Shown: positions 1 through 15,841 of the stretch, piece by piece
Layout of the letters: every line of letters begins with the position of its first letter
How positions within the stretch are numbered: the stretch's first letter is position 1
Assembly (NCBI RefSeq): GCF_009914755.1
Contig: NC_060928.1
Source: the human T2T-CHM13v2.0 reference genome, Homo sapiens
Strand: one strand, 5' to 3'
Length of the DNA stretch: 64,000 nucleotides
Notes under the pieces: model-generated
Told to the model about the DNA's origin: nothing
Seen by the model: only the letters and a program-made list of their open reading frames with translations
The model's database searches: none
Position numbers and translations under genes: made by a program

Positions 1-1103
1 ATATGTTGTATGTTGTTTTTATGGAAGTATGTGAAGAAATTCAACCTCATACACAGATAATATAGTTGGAAAAGCTATGAGTATTTTAATAGTCTTTTAA
101 GATTATTGCAAATATTCTTCTTTGATACTACACTAAAGTGACAATTGTTAGTTTCTTAAAGATTAGTTGTAATGTGTACTTTGAAACTGCATCAATGAAC
201 TTTGTCTTCTGTTACATTAAAATCCATTGATTTTGAATATATGATTTTGTAACATTATGCAGTGATCATTTAGAAAATATTGATTCACTGATTTATGTGG
301 ATCTTTTAAATGTTGACACTTATATAATATAATACAATATTTTAAAAATCACATTTGTTAATTTTACCTTTGATCTATTCAGAAAAGACTCTAAGTATTG
401 GGAACCTATCATCCTCACAGTGATAGATACAAGTTTCCTAAAATTCTGATTTTTACTGGAGAGCTCAAATTCTATCATTGGAAACAAATACACATTTATT
501 TAACTTAAAAATGACAGGATTACTTGGTTTCATTATTGAGAAAATACCTGTCAAATTCCCAAGTCTGGAAAACCATAGTTTGATGTCACTCTTTCAAGTA
601 AAAATGGCATTCCATGTAAGAAGTGTCTAGTTTATTATGCAACTCAAATAAATTACGCAAGTGCTTTTCTTTAGGACATAACTTCATACATACTTCCACA
701 AGCAGCAGATGTGTGTAGTTATGCATAGTTCCTTATGCATGGTTCTTATTTCATCACACAAAATATTAAAAAGACTCAGTGATTGAGACGTAGCAGTTTT
801 TACTGCTTCATCAAAGATGCTCTTATTTGAAACTGGCATAATATGATTTATTTATTTGATTTTACTGGGAAGCATGGCAGTCAAGAATGTAATGACTGCC
901 AGTACATTTGAGTGCCACTGCTTGATTTTTGCTATGGAGTCAGCAATTTTGCCACTGGTTTTGCATTTTCAGTAAAAATGTCAACACAGTGAAAAAGGCA
1001 CATAATGTCTTGTATTATTTTGTAAACAGTTTTATCTTGCAGACCCCTTGAAAAGGTCTCGGGGATCCTCCAAGGTGCCAGTAGACCGTACTTTGAAAAT
1101 CAC
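1..1103. mobile_element. Charlie1-like hAT DNA transposon remnant
   Basis: Resembles recalled Charlie1 consensus (tttgatactacac..., aaaaatggcattccatg, terminal ...gaccccttgaaaaggtctcggggatcc...ctttgaaaatcact). Homologous to the segment near 62590-63700. Confidence 0.6.
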
Positions 1104-1321
1104 TATTTTAATCCAAAGTGCCTAGATCAGACACACTATAAATCCTGTGTCTTGTATGATCATTAGGTAAATACATTTGTACTTAGAAGTATACATTCAG
1201 AGACATTAACAGTATTCAGGTTGGGATTTAAGTATATTTTAAAGTGTGGTACCTAGAGAGTATCCATGACACTATGTTCATAAAATTTTAGAGAAAACTG
1301 AGATCAAAGGAAACCAAAACA

Positions 1322-1620
1322 GGCTGGTCATAGTGGCTCATGCCTGTAATCCCAGTGCTTTGGAAGGTTGAGGCAGAGGATCGCTGGATCCCAGGAGTTT
1401 GAGACCAGCCTGGGCAAATATGGAGACTATCTCTACACAACAAAACAAAAATTAGCTGGGTATAGTGTCTTGCGCCTATAGTCCTAGCTACTCGGAAAGC
1501 TGAGGTGGGAGGATCCCTTGAGCCTGGAAGTTCTAAGTTACAGTGAATTATGATTGCACCACTGCCCTCCAACCTGGGTGAAACAGCAAGACCCTGTCAC
1601 CCTCCAAAACAAACAAAAAA
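1322..1620 (+). mobile_element. Alu (old, AluJ-like)
   Basis: ggctggtcatagtggctcatgcctgtaatcccag start, dimeric structure, A-rich tail; diverged. Confidence 0.9.
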
Positions 1621-1850
1621 CACTTTTTTCTCTGAGTATGTAAATGGTTAGTGTACAGTCCTTGAAAACATTGCAAATAGTATAGCAATATATGAAGTAG
1701 CCAGTATGTGTCCTAGCTAATTTTATCAATCATCTCTTCCTAGACCAATCAAATATTTTTCAATATTTTGATCCATGCTTATATAAACAAGATTTTTTAA
1801 AGCTGGAAAATTCCACACATTTATATACTTACTATTGTTCTTAAAATTAA

Positions 1851-2148
1851 TTTTTTTTTTTTTTTTTTAAGCAGAGTCTTGCTCTTTTGCCCAGGCTGAA
1901 GTTCAGTGGTGCGATCTCGACTCCCTGCAACCTCTGCCTTCCAGGCTCAAGCAGCTCTCGTGCTTCAGCACCCCAAGTAACTGGGATTACAGGCATACGC
2001 CACCACACTGGCTAATTTTTGTAGTTTAAGTAGAGATGTGGTTTCGCCATGTTGGCCAGGCTGGTCTCAAACTCCCGGCCTCAAGTGATCCACCTGTCTC
2101 AGCCTCCCAAAATGTTGGGATTACAGGTGGGAGCCACTGCGCCCGGCC
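1851..2148 (-). mobile_element. Alu
   Basis: poly-T followed by reverse-complement Alu ending gagccactgcgcccggcc. Confidence 0.92.
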
Positions 2149-3029
2149 TACATTAAATTTTAAAGCCTTTCTATGTCAGTGCATATACCCAACCTAATTC
2201 TTTTTTTCCGTGAACTTTTTTGTTATGCTTGTAGCCTTCCTACCCCAGATTATTTCGAAGCAAATTGTCATTCTGTAATTTCAAATATTACTATTTCAGT
2301 ATTTTACAAAATGGTTGCAGTTTAATTGTTGTTCCTTTTTTATTTATTAGCTTGCATATTTCTATAGAGAGTTTACCCCACATCAACCATTTGGATTACC
2401 TGAAGTAAGGGTGGTACAGGAAAGGGAGAAATCTTGAAATACTAGGTTCCTTAGCATCCTCAAAGTTGACCAATGAGATTTTTTGCTTGTTTGGTTGTTT
2501 TTTTCTGTGTCTTCATGGACTCATGGATTTAAGTATATTTGTGGTTTAATCATCACTGTTATTATTCTTATTGATGTTCATGTTATTTTAGATTAGTGGG
2601 AGCTTTTTTAGTTTGCTATCTGTGTCCTTCGTCATGTCCTTAGATAATCCTAATCCTAATCCTGATTCATCGTAGACATTTCCCGCAGCAAACCTGGAAT
2701 CAGCCATTTCTCAAGGAGCTCTCTGATTCCATTGAAGGAAAATATAATATAGGTACAATCTAGGCACTAGGTGATACTTGTTACTTCTGGGTTGGCTATT
2801 GTTTCTAGCCTCCTAAGTTTATATGACTGTACTAATTTGAATTCATAACTATGGGACTAAACTTCTAATTCTTAAATCTGCATTTCCTTTAAGTCATGCC
2901 AAAAATCTGAACATCACAAACATAGTCATTTCGTTTACCCCACAATACACACATACAACATTGTCAGTATAACAGTACCAACACCATCTCCAACAATATG
3001 CCTACTGAAAAATTTTAGGTAATCTGTCT

Positions 3030-3222
3030 CCAGCCTCCCAGGTAGCTGGGACTGCAGGTGCACACCACCATGCCTGCCTAATTTTTTTTTTTTTTTTTTT
3101 TTTTAAGAGACTGGGTCTTGCTATGTTACTCAGGCTGGTCTGAAATTTCTGGCCTCTAACAGTCCTCCTGCCTTTGCCTTCCAAAGTGCAGAGATTACAG
3201 ACCTGAGCCACCACGTCTGGCC
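3030..3222 (-). mobile_element. Partial Alu
   Basis: cagcctcccaggtagctgggactgcagg..., T-rich linker, left arm ending ccacgtctggcc. Confidence 0.85.
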
Positions 3223-4115
3223 TATCCTTTATTTATTCCACCAAAGTTATTTATACAAATTACTTTGTTGTAAAGTCCCTTGGAATAGTTTCTTCTGTGG
3301 CATTATGTTACCAGTTAGATGCACCTTTGATTCATTTAACTTTACTTCAATTTTTAAGGTTTGCTTTTTAGATTTAGTTTTGTTTTATTATACATATATG
3401 AAGTATTTCCACGGTTCCAAAGTTAAATGAACAAAACAGGCATGTTCAAAGAAGTCTAGTTTCTATCTCTGTCCCATCCAACCCATTGTCTTCTTCCCCT
3501 TATAAGTAATAATTTACATTTTTAACTTGTGGTTTATCTTCTGATTTTTAAAAATATAAGCATAAATATTTATATTCCTGTCTTTTAGCATGCTTTTAGC
3601 CATCTTGCTTTTTTCCTGTATAATGCTAAATATATCTCATTCTTTTTAATTGCTGCAGAATTTCTCATTACATAGGTATACTGCAATTTATTTATCTGAT
3701 GCTATGTTGATGAACATTTAAATGATTTCCAGATTTTAGGAACGGTGATGATTGAACTCTCTGTACATATATCTTTTTTACTTGGTACACTCCATCAAGC
3801 AACTACTTAAGTGACTGACTATGATGCTGTGCAAGCAGTTATATAAAGAAAACAGCAGTGACTCAGCCTGAAAACGGCTTAATATTATCATGTTTTCTTA
3901 CACATTATTTTTATTGAGGAAAAGCAACATGGAGTTTAGTGATTATTTTTGAAAGAAATAACCTATTTCTAATTCTAAAGAATGGTTAATATCTGTGTTT
4001 GGTTGCTTATAGGGTAGAAGGGGTAAAATTGCCTCATTCAACTTAGAACTTACCGTGTCATTTTAGTGGGGCGTTGTGACTTCAAATAGACCCGATTCTT
4101 GAAATAGACTGGGTC

Positions 4116-4444
4116 CATGTCCTTTGTTGGGACATGGATGAAGCTGGAAACCATCATTCTCAGCAAACTGTCGCAAGGACAAAAAACCAAACATCGCATG
4201 TTCTCACTCATAGGTGGGAATTGAACAATGAGAACACATGGACACAGGAAGGGGAACATCACACACTGGGGACTGTTGTGGGGTCGGGGAGTGGGGAGGG
4301 ATAGCATTAGGAGATATACCTAATGCTAAATGACGAGTTAATGGATGCAGCACACCATCATGGCACATGTATACATATGTAACAAACCTGCACATTGTGC
4401 ACATGTACCCTAAAACTTAAAGTATAATAATAAAAAAAAAAAAA
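4116..4444 (+). mobile_element. 5'-truncated L1PA 3' end with poly(A)
   Basis: Classic L1PA 3' sequence (ggacatggatgaagctggaaacc...gtaccctaaaacttaaagtataataataaaa). Perfect 15-bp target-site duplication gaaatagactgggtc at 4101-4115 and 4445-4459. Confidence 0.95.
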
Positions 4445-4517
4445 GAAATAGACTGGGTCATTGAATTCCAGCTGTAGCCCTCCTTCAGAACAGTTGAGCA
4501 CTGAAGTCCTGGGCTGA

Positions 4518-4820
<303 letters not shown>

Positions 4821-5391
4821 AAAAATATGGGTTTCTAAAGCAACAGTCCTAGTACAACAGAAGAGAGGTGTTGACTAGTTAGGGATTTAGGTTTAGAAGT
4901 ACATTCTTAGTAAGAGAGGTGAGACTTACCTTCTTGTGTTTTAGTATAGTGAGATCTGGATCAAATCTATTACTCTTATTAATCTCCTAACTTCCTACAC
5001 TATATCCAGTAGAGGACACTTTTGCCTTACACAGTAAAGAAAGAGCCTCTGGACTCTACCAATGGGATCGGAGCTCTCCAAACCTGCATATTAAAAGGCC
5101 TATAAGTTTTGGGGGGTCCCTTTGTCCACATGATTATTCTGTAATACATTGTATTTATGGACATGGTATTATTATACACAGATCCTGTCTTTTAAAGAAC
5201 ATTATAATCCACTTAACTGCTAGGACCAGAGAATGACCGATAATTCAAACCATATTGTCTTACAGAAGACATATATAAAAGATGGTTATGTGTACCAATT
5301 GAGGTTCAAATTTGATTCAATTTAAAACAATCTAGGCCAGATTTTATATAGTTTGTGGACCCTTTGCACTCAAATCTCAAGGTTCTTATTA

Positions 5392-5634
<243 letters not shown>

Positions 5635-5763
5635 TTACCTTTTCCATTATTTAGTTCTGAAATTACTGTTCTATGTATGGTAAATGAGAAAAATTGCTAG
5701 ATTCTAGAACTGTGGCTTCTATTCATAGTTGGAAAAATGAAGCATAAACATTTCTAATTTCAG

Positions 5764-5863
5764 ATCAACAGCAAAAAGAAAGAATCAGCATGGGAAATGA
5801 CAAAAAGTTTGTATGATGCGTGGTCAGGATGGCTAGTAGTAACACTAACAGGATTGGCATCAG
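5764..5863 (+). CDS. CLCN3: CLCN3 internal coding exon (100 nt): [33 protein letters not shown]
   Basis: tttcag|ATC ... CAG|gtaaag; phase 0-1; peptide recognised as ClC-3 start of helix B; frame continuous with downstream exons. Confidence 0.96.
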
Positions 5864-6009
5864 GTAAAGAAAATTTTTCAAGCAATCCTTTTTTAGTTAA
5901 CAGAAGTATAAACTGTTCTTCCCTCCTTCCCTCAATTTTTTTTCAGGTACCATTGGATTTTAAAAAGCATTTGTTTCTCTTCTTCAAAAAATCTCCTTAA
6001 ATATAAGAC

Positions 6010-6410
6010 TAGGAGGCAGAGGCTTCCAAGTCTAGTCTTGGCTCTATCACTTTACGTGTTTATCCAGCTTGGTTGATCTTTCTGGACTCAGTTTCTATAT
6101 CTGTAAAATAAGTGGTTTGGATCAGATGATCAATAAAGTATCTTTTGATATTAACATCGTAATAAATAGCTAATATTTCTTGAGTGCTTCCTATGTGTTG
6201 TACACTGTTCTAAAAACTTGACATGTATTTAAACCTCACCGGAATCCTGTGGTACCAGTGCTGTCATTATCACCATTTTGCAGATGAGGAGACTGAAGCA
6301 GAAGAAAAGTAACTTAGTTTGACTGAGGTCATACAGTTTAGTAAATGGCTAAACCAGGATTTGAATTAAAGCCTTCTAGCTCAAGACCTATCCCCTTCAT
6401 CACCCTGCTA
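6010..6410. mobile_element. MIR elements (two fragments, apparently opposite orientation)
   Basis: MIR core motifs ctcagtttctatatctgtaaaat and cattttgcagatgaggagactgaagcag. Confidence 0.65.
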
Positions 6411-7148
6411 TACAGCGTGGCCACAAAGTCCCAATGTGTGAGATTTTAAGAAAGAGCTGTTGAGGACCTGAAAACAAATATTAAGCACTGTTATAATCAC
6501 TTTCAGCTTCCATGATGGAAGATTATGTTCAGAAGACCATAAAAATTAAAATTTTTGTGGAGAATAAAGTACTGATAATTCTAATTGGCATGCATAGTAA
6601 TTTTATGGCCTCTGTGTATGTAACCCACTGATCTCTTTATGTAAGAAGGACCCAGATTTGACCATAAATTTGTGTATTTTTTATATTCTCACAATAAAAT
6701 AATCTTGATATATGGTTTTCTGTAATTTAAGAAAATATTATTCCTATGAGTTTCAATAATTATTTCTAATGGACATTAAATTTTAATGAAATTGACATCA
6801 TTTATAAGTCTGTTAATTAAGTTATCGATTGAAAATTAGATTTGTGAACCTCCTGCCAAGTAGCTGTCTTTTGAAGATATTTTAGTATCTTTTAAACATT
6901 GTTTTTCAGATCACAATTAATTTGAATGATGTAACTTTTTAAAATTCCAAACAAAAATAGCACTTTTATTGTAAAAAATAACTCTTTACAGTTTATAACT
7001 AAAATTTGAAAATCTTAAATTTATATGTAGTTCATAAATGACCCTTTATTTAGGAGTCTCCTGCTTTCTACTTGCCTTTTAACTAGATTGTTCTCGACTC
7101 CCAAAAAATTGACTTAATTTTTTTACCATCTCCAACATGTTTTTATAG

Positions 7149-7336
7149 GGGCACTGGCCGGATTAATAGACATTGCTGCCGATTGGATGACTGACCTAAA
7201 GGAGGGCATTTGCCTTAGTGCGTTGTGGTACAACCACGAACAGTGCTGTTGGGGATCTAATGAAACAACATTTGAAGAGAGGGATAAATGTCCACAGTGG
7301 AAAACATGGGCAGAATTAATCATAGGTCAAGCAGAG
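7149..7336 (+). CDS. CLCN3: CLCN3 coding exon (188 nt): [22 protein letters not shown]...[10 protein letters not shown]
   Basis: tttatag|GG ... GAG|gtaagt; phase 1-0; ClC-3/4/5 luminal Cys-rich loop (DLKEGIC, EQCCW). Confidence 0.97.
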
Positions 7337-8228
7337 GTAAGTCTTGCTTTGTCTCAAGATGAATTAATAATTGATATAGCAAAATGTTTCCAATTCATTT
7401 AATTATAGAACTAATCACATATTAGATGATTACATACACATCAAATGGATCCACCCTCAACACATTGCAGCAAGAAAGAATTAAGTGCAATATTGTTTCA
7501 AGTAGCTTTTTTATTAGTTAACTGCATAGTCATATAACAAATCCTCTGGATTGTGGTGCAAATATATTTGAGCTGTAGTAGAAAAGAAGTGATAGTTATT
7601 GCAGTAAGATCTGTGTAAAGTTACTAAGAAGTCAAGTTATTAAAACTAATATATTACTAAGATTGGGAAGTTTGAATTATGAAAGTATTATCAAATAATT
7701 TAGTAAAATCAACCTACGTAGAGATACATTGAAGATAATCAGACATTTTTATTTGTGGCATTACAGCATTTAAATGATTGATTTACTATGATCTACAAAG
7801 AACATTTTAGAACTTAGGATGTTACATGTATATTTTTTACATGATGACATGGATATATTTTTTAAATTTTGTTTTAGCTGAACTTTAGAGCTAAAAGGTA
7901 TACATTTGCGGTAAGATGAGTAGTATGCTGTTTCTCACCTGGCTTAATTGAATTGAGTTTAATGATCTGGAAAGTTGCAGCAGAATGAAATCTGAGTGGT
8001 GATGCAATTTGTTTCCACTGTTTCCAAAAAGTGGTTTGTAGGCAGAGATTGAAGTATAGCTGAGATGTGTTGGTAACAAGACTTTAGGGATTAGGAAAAA
8101 GATTAAATGTGCTCAGGGTTCCTTGGTATATGTAGGCATTAATTTTTGGACTCTACTTAAATATTTTGTTCATATAAAGTTTTTATTATTGTGGAAATAA
8201 ACCAGGAGACTTTTACACATTTTACTGA

Positions 8229-8551
<323 letters not shown>

Positions 8552-8636
8552 GTTTACTGAAGTTTCTTATGACAAGCATTTGCATTAGAGGTGCAATGTA
8601 AATTAAATTCATACTCTCGAACTATTTTCTTTTTAG

Positions 8637-8759
8637 GGTCCTGGTTCTTATATCATGAACTACATAATGTACATCTTCTGGGCCTTGAGTTTTGCCTTTC
8701 TTGCAGTTTCCCTGGTAAAGGTATTTGCTCCATATGCCTGTGGCTCTGGAATTCCAGAG
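8637..8759 (+). CDS. CLCN3: CLCN3 coding exon (123 nt) with GSGIPE selectivity-filter motif
   Basis: ttttag|GGT ... CCA GAG|gtaagc; phase 0-0; CLC signature GSGIPE. Confidence 0.98.
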
Positions 8760-9076
8760 GTAAGCCAAGTAATATTTAGTGTCATTAAACATTATTATGA
8801 TGCTTATCTTTTTGACCTTAGTGATAATAAAAGTTGGCTTTTCTGGAGGGAGGGGATAGTTTGTTCATAATATGAAAAAAAAATTTTTTTAAGTATAAGC
8901 TGATGGTAGACATCATTGAAAAATATTGTTCCCCATAGTCATTTGGTCATTTACTGTGAAGGCTGATTTTTTTTTTCTCTCACCACTAATTTAACACATG
9001 ACTAGGCAAATTTTCAGACTATTTAGTTAAACATCAAGAGCCTGGAAGAAGTATCTTGTGACCTAATGTTCTTTGA

Positions 9077-9422
<346 letters not shown>

Positions 9423-10220
9423 TATGACCCTGATTTTGATTCATTCACTTTTTATAATTACCTTTTGATTAGATAAGTTAATTATTCTTGAATTTGGCCA
9501 TTTTATGCTTTGAGAAAGTAGTTAATCACAGTGGGTCAACAGTACAAACTTTTGGGTTTTATTTTTCATCACAATAAAGTAGAGTTATACATAGGATTGA
9601 TTGAACTTGATTTGAACTTATCTCTTCTCTTTTATTTTTCTGTAGTTAAATAAGTTACCAACTTTTTCCTAATACATTTCTTTTTAAAATGGAATTGTAT
9701 TGATCTTTAAGTTTGTATTAAGAATATCTTTCATAAAAAGCAATATCATGCAGTATATAACAGTTGTTACTCATTCTTGATACATAAAAAACTATTGCAC
9801 ATAATTACAGTACTCAGAGAAAACATAATATTCTTATTTCTAACATAATGTCCAAAATATATTTAAAATATTATGCTTATTTTTACAACAGAAATATTCA
9901 AATTTGCCCTTTTTTTGGTTATGTAATTATAATCCTTATAATTAAGGTCTGTATTCATTTTAACATGGCCTGATATTTTGATTTTGTTCCTGAGATAGTG
10001 TTGCCCTCTCTCCTTTCTTGGGTAGAGAATTAGATTATAATATCAATTTATTATATGTAGCATAATAGGCAAAGTTTTCGAAAAATTAACTGTAAATTTT
10101 TCTGTAGACTGCTAAAATTTGCAAGGTTGTTTTTGTGCATAAAACAAGAAAATAACTTGGATTCGTTACATTCTCATGTTTCTTAAAGGACATTAAGCTG
10201 CCTTAATCTTTGCCTTGTAG

Positions 10221-10427
10221 ATTAAAACTATTTTAAGTGGATTCATCATCAGAGGTTACTTGGGAAAATGGACTTTAATGATTAAAACCATCACATTAGT
10301 CCTGGCTGTGGCATCAGGTTTGAGTTTAGGAAAAGAAGGTCCCCTGGTACATGTTGCCTGTTGCTGCGGAAATATCTTTTCCTACCTCTTTCCAAAGTAT
10401 AGCACAAACGAAGCTAAAAAAAGGGAG
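10221..10427 (+). CDS. CLCN3: CLCN3 coding exon (207 nt) with GKEGP motif (gating glutamate, codon 10335-10337)
   Basis: ttgtag|ATT ... GAG|gtaagt; phase 0-0; CLC signature GKEGP. Confidence 0.98.
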
Positions 10428-11449
10428 GTAAGTGTCTTTTGTAGTTAATTTGACTGAAAAATATATATTATATAGTATTTATTTAAGTAAAGAATTTCTT
10501 AGTGTAAAAATAATAAATTCTGTATTCAGATAAAAAATTTTGAGATTTGTGCTTCTGTTTTTCCTGAATAATCTATAACATCTTTCTAGAATCCATTCCC
10601 AGTGCTGCTCAGTTCGTCTTACATTTTAGAGAAGCTTTAGATAGACAGCTGGTGTCCATTGGGTTTCAGCTGCATTTCACGAAGATCTTCCTGTTATCAC
10701 TTTACCTTACATCTTTCCTCTTCTGAAGTGTTTTCTAAGCTTAGCTTTGTTTTTCACTCTTACTTTCAACATTAAGAGGTTGGGAAATCTTAATAGCTAT
10801 GTTTTCCTCCTGGAGGCAGTGTCTGGTGCCAGTGTAAGTGGTGTGTGATATGAAAAATGCTATCCAGTGCTATGGGGAAGTTCTGAGGGCCTTTAGAAGC
10901 TCTTGAAGTTTAAATCAGAAATTCACATTAAAGAGATTACAGGAAATCCTTTTCATTTGATTGTTTAAGGCAATTTCCTTTACCATTTCTTTAGGCCAGC
11001 CTGAGATCTTCTACAAGACCTTGAAACCTTATATATATTATGGATTTCCTCTGATGTTTCCATATTGCTCTGGGCATTTTCCTGAATCCTTTATATTAGC
11101 TCTAGACTTTGGGAGCCCAGTCCCTTCCTATTTTCCAAATCTAAATCTACAGCCCTAGATGGTACAGAGATCTTTGAGTTTTTAAGATATGATTTTTTGA
11201 AAAACATCTCATTAAATACTGGCAGAACCTTTTCATCTTGTTGAGTTTTTTAATGTACTGTAACCAAAAAAGTAGAATATTTTATCAAACTGTTTAATCT
11301 TCAATTGAAATAATTCTAGTACATTTTAATGTTCGCATTAAAATATTGTCCTTGCATTGGACGTAGATATCCCAAAAGTGGAATACTTCAGATTGTCGTA
11401 GTTTCATCTCTGAATAATTGTGATTCCAGTACTTTATAACAAAAATAGC

Positions 11450-11690
11450 TAGCATTATTGATTACTTTCTGTGTATCTGGTACTGTGGCAGATACTTTAC
11501 TTGGATTTTAATACTTAATTTCACAGTAATTTAGTAATATGGCCCTGTTATCCTCATTTAGTGATTAGTAAACTAGGGCTGAAAACAGCTAACTAACTTG
11601 CCCGAGACTACATACCTAGTAAGTGGTGGAACGTAGGTTAAAATTCATTTTTCTTTGACTTCAAAGTCTGTGGTCTTACCTACTTACATT
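11450..11690. mobile_element. MIR fragment
   Basis: Diverged MIR-like motifs (ttatcctcattt..., aacttgcccgagactacatacctagtaagtgg). Confidence 0.5.
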
Positions 11691-12324
11691 ACTGCCCTTA
11701 CGACTATGTGGGTATATATTTGTGTGTGTTCAAAACAAACTCAAAACCATCCTGTAGCGTAGCAAGTTAGTGGCTAAGATGAAGCTAGAGCATTTGCCTC
11801 CTCAATTCAATTCCATTACTTTCTGTTGTACCTTTATATTTTTTGGTAAGACTTTTACTTATTCTAAGTTCAAAAAATGTAATTTATTAGATGTTTGAGA
11901 AATTAAGTTTACCTAAATTTTAATGTTCATACTGTAGTGATTAGTTAATGTTTAATACGTTGTTATTCTGTCACCTTAGTGTATATATAAATGGCAAGAA
12001 TTCACGGTTAGTTGAAAGCATTAAGGTCCCATAGTTTTGTGTAGACAAGAGGGGAGAGCGTTGATATTTTTAAATTAAATGCTTCTTAGATACGTATGAA
12101 ATGGATTAAAACATGTATATGAGTTATAGATACCTAGGTGTTAGTTTGGTTGTAAATTCAGGATCAGGACATTCAAATAAATATGTTTGCTTTCCTCTTA
12201 GTGGAGGAAAAAAAAAAGAAGCTAAATTTGCTCCCTTTCCTCCCCAAATAAGCAGAGTCTACATTTTAATGCCAACAATTTGATTAAAACAAATATTTAT
12301 TTATTTTTAATTCACCAAACTTTT

Positions 12325-12540
12325 ATAAAGTATTTACTGGTGCCAGGCACTGTTCTAAAGCACTCTGTATATATTTACTCAGTCCTTAAGAGCTAAGTAA
12401 TATTATCACGTTTCCATTTTAGAGAAAACTGAGGCACATATAGGTTAGGTTATCTACCCATAGCCATACAGCTAGTAAGTAGCAGAGCCATGATTTCAAC
12501 ACAGCAGCCTGACTATGGAGTTCATGATCTTAACCATTTA
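12325..12540. mobile_element. MIR
   Basis: tgccaggcactgttctaa...ccattttagagaaaactgaggcaca...acagctagtaagtagcagagcc. Confidence 0.7.
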
Positions 12541-12611
12541 CAGCTTAATTTTTATTATTTATAATTTCTCTTCTGGAAATGTAACAATTGACCATTTGAA
12601 GAAATACTTTA

Positions 12612-12997
<386 letters not shown>

Positions 12998-13718
12998 CTA
13001 GTGAAATTATAGGTATAGTTAGGTATAGTTGGCTTACAGGTGGGAAGTAGACCATTACCAACTGATAGACTGGGGAGCTGGAGAGAGGACACGGAAGAGT
13101 GTCCTTGGATTTTTCTTTTCCTTTAATTTTTTTGTAGAGGTGTTGGTTGGTGAGACTGTAACTTGAGGAGCTGTTGTGTGTGCTTTCAGAATGAGGCTCT
13201 CTAGATTGATAGTATTTTAGCAGTATTTCAGAATGCATAGGGTAGTGAAAATATAGGGAATCTTACAAGGTCTTCGGTTCCCTGCATATCTTGCTACGAT
13301 TTGGAATAGAGTATTTATGGTGGAGCAGTTAGCTCTAAAATTTGAAGAAATGATATCCTATTTAAAAATAGCTCCCCATCCCAGTTACTGCCCTCCCCTC
13401 TTACCTACACAAACATACGTCTTGAAAATTGTCTATATTCATTGCCTCCTCCTCTTTACACCCTATTCACATTAGTATATCTGGCAAAAATTTTTTTTAA
13501 CTGAATGGTAAATGCATGACTGACCTTTCAATTAAAGCCAGGAGAAAGAAACAAATCTTAATAGAAGAAATGAATAGTTACCCTTTGCTTAGGGAGCAAG
13601 GAAACATGCAAGTTAAATTCAGAAAATCCATTTGGAAAATTCAAGTAACATGAAGAATTTTTATTTGGTATGTTTGAATTTCTATGAAATTATGAAATAA
13701 GCCATATCCTCTTTCTAG

Positions 13719-13874
<156 letters not shown>

Positions 13875-14084
13875 TAGGTGATGTAATAGGTAGAGACTTT
13901 GTTTTCAAATTTATTTTTCTAAAGTTGTTTTCCACTCATTCTTAATAAAAAGTAAATGTTATTCATGCTCCATACCTGGAGGAAACTTTTTAAAAATTTA
14001 TTAATGTATGAATGTTAGTAATTATTTAAAATCTAACTTTGTTGACATATTTAAAAGTAAGAAGATGTGAATTTGACTTAATAG

Positions 14085-14335
<251 letters not shown>

Positions 14336-14529
14336 TAAAAAATTTTAATCAATTCCTATGTTGTGTTTTAAAGTTTTTCCCATGTGATTATTTCTGATAC
14401 AGTTAGTGATGTTAAAGAAAATAATTTTAGTGACTTCAGTGGATTATTTTGTTTTTGTTTTCTTAATAGGTGTTTAAGACTTTTCTTTTTACATAAAAAT
14501 GTAACCAGGAATTTTTTTTTAATTTTTTT

Positions 14530-14880
14530 TGACAAATAATAATTGTTTTTGTTTATGGGGTATAATGTGATGTGTCTATACATGTATACATTGCGGAATA
14601 ATCAAATCAGAGTGATTAGCAAATCCCTCAAATATTTATTATGTCCTTGTGGTGGTGAGAACATTTAAAATCCTCTTTTAGCTATTTTGAAATATATAAT
14701 ACATATTATTAACTGTGGTCATCTTACTGTGCAATAGAACACCAGAACTTATTCCTCCTCTGTAAGTTCATACCCGTTGACTAATGTCTCCCCTTTCCCT
14801 GTTCACCTCCCCAACCCCTAGCCTCTGGTAACCCCTATTCTACTCTCTACTTCTATGAATTTAACTCTTTTAGTTCAAGA
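14530..14880 (-). mobile_element. Old L1 (L1M-type) 3' fragment
   Basis: tttatggggtataatgtgatg...gtgcaatagaacaccagaacttattcctc...gcctctggtaacccctattctactctctacttctatga resembles the L1MA 3'UTR. Confidence 0.65.
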
Positions 14881-15295
14881 TGTTTTTAAATGTACTTTTT
14901 TCTTTTAGTTGTTTGTATTCTTTTTTTTTTTTTAATGTAGAAGAGGCAAATTAAATGCATTATAAGTTAACAGGAGTTGGTGATGGTACATTTATTTTTA
15001 ACTACCATGATTGAATTGAATGTGAAACTCATTTTGAATATAAAACAGCACTAGGTATTCTATTAGTATTTATTAGACATTTATGATCAATTGATACTGT
15101 CAATTTGTAATGATGATCACCATCTCCAAAAATAATAATAACATCAATTTTTCTTATTACAGTAAAATCCATTACATGTAAATTCTAACTACAGCAAAAT
15201 TTAGAGCTAGGATATTTACCATTCAAGTTATAATATATCAGAAACATCTTATAAAATTATAGCATTAATTTTTCTTTTCCTTTTCTTTTTTTTAG

Positions 15296-15841
15296 GTTAG
15301 CTATTATTTTCCTCTCAAAACTTTATGGAGATCATTTTTTGCTGCTTTAGTGGCTGCATTTGTTTTGAGGTCCATCAATCCATTTGGTAACAGCCGTCTG
15401 GTCCTTTTTTATGTGGAGTATCATACACCATGGTACCTTTTTGAACTGTTTCCTTTTATTCTTCTAGGGGTATTTGGAGGGCTTTGGGGAGCCTTTTTCA
15501 TTAGGGCAAATATTGCCTGGTGTCGTCGACGCAAGTCCACGAAATTTGGAAAGTATCCCGTTCTGGAAGTCATTATTGTTGCAGCCATTACTGCTGTGAT
15601 AGCCTTCCCTAATCCATACACTAGGCTAAACACCAGTGAACTGATCAAAGAGCTTTTTACAGACTGTGGTCCCCTGGAATCCTCTTCTCTTTGTGACTAC
15701 AGAAATGACATGAATGCCAGTAAAATTGTCGATGACATTCCTGATCGTCCAGCAGGCATTGGAGTATATTCAGCTATATGGCAGTTATGCCTGGCACTCA
15801 TATTTAAAATCATAATGACAGTATTCACTTTTGGCATCAAG
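15296..15841 (+). CDS. CLCN3: CLCN3 coding exon (546 nt): [15 protein letters not shown]...[10 protein letters not shown]
   Basis: long pyrimidine tract tttag|GTT ... AAG|gtaagt; phase 0-0; overlaps ORF 15350-15862. Confidence 0.98.

Noticed and set aside
4050-4404. ORFs such as MCTMCRFVTYVYMCH (also 56960-57273)
   Set aside because: L1PA 3' end translations
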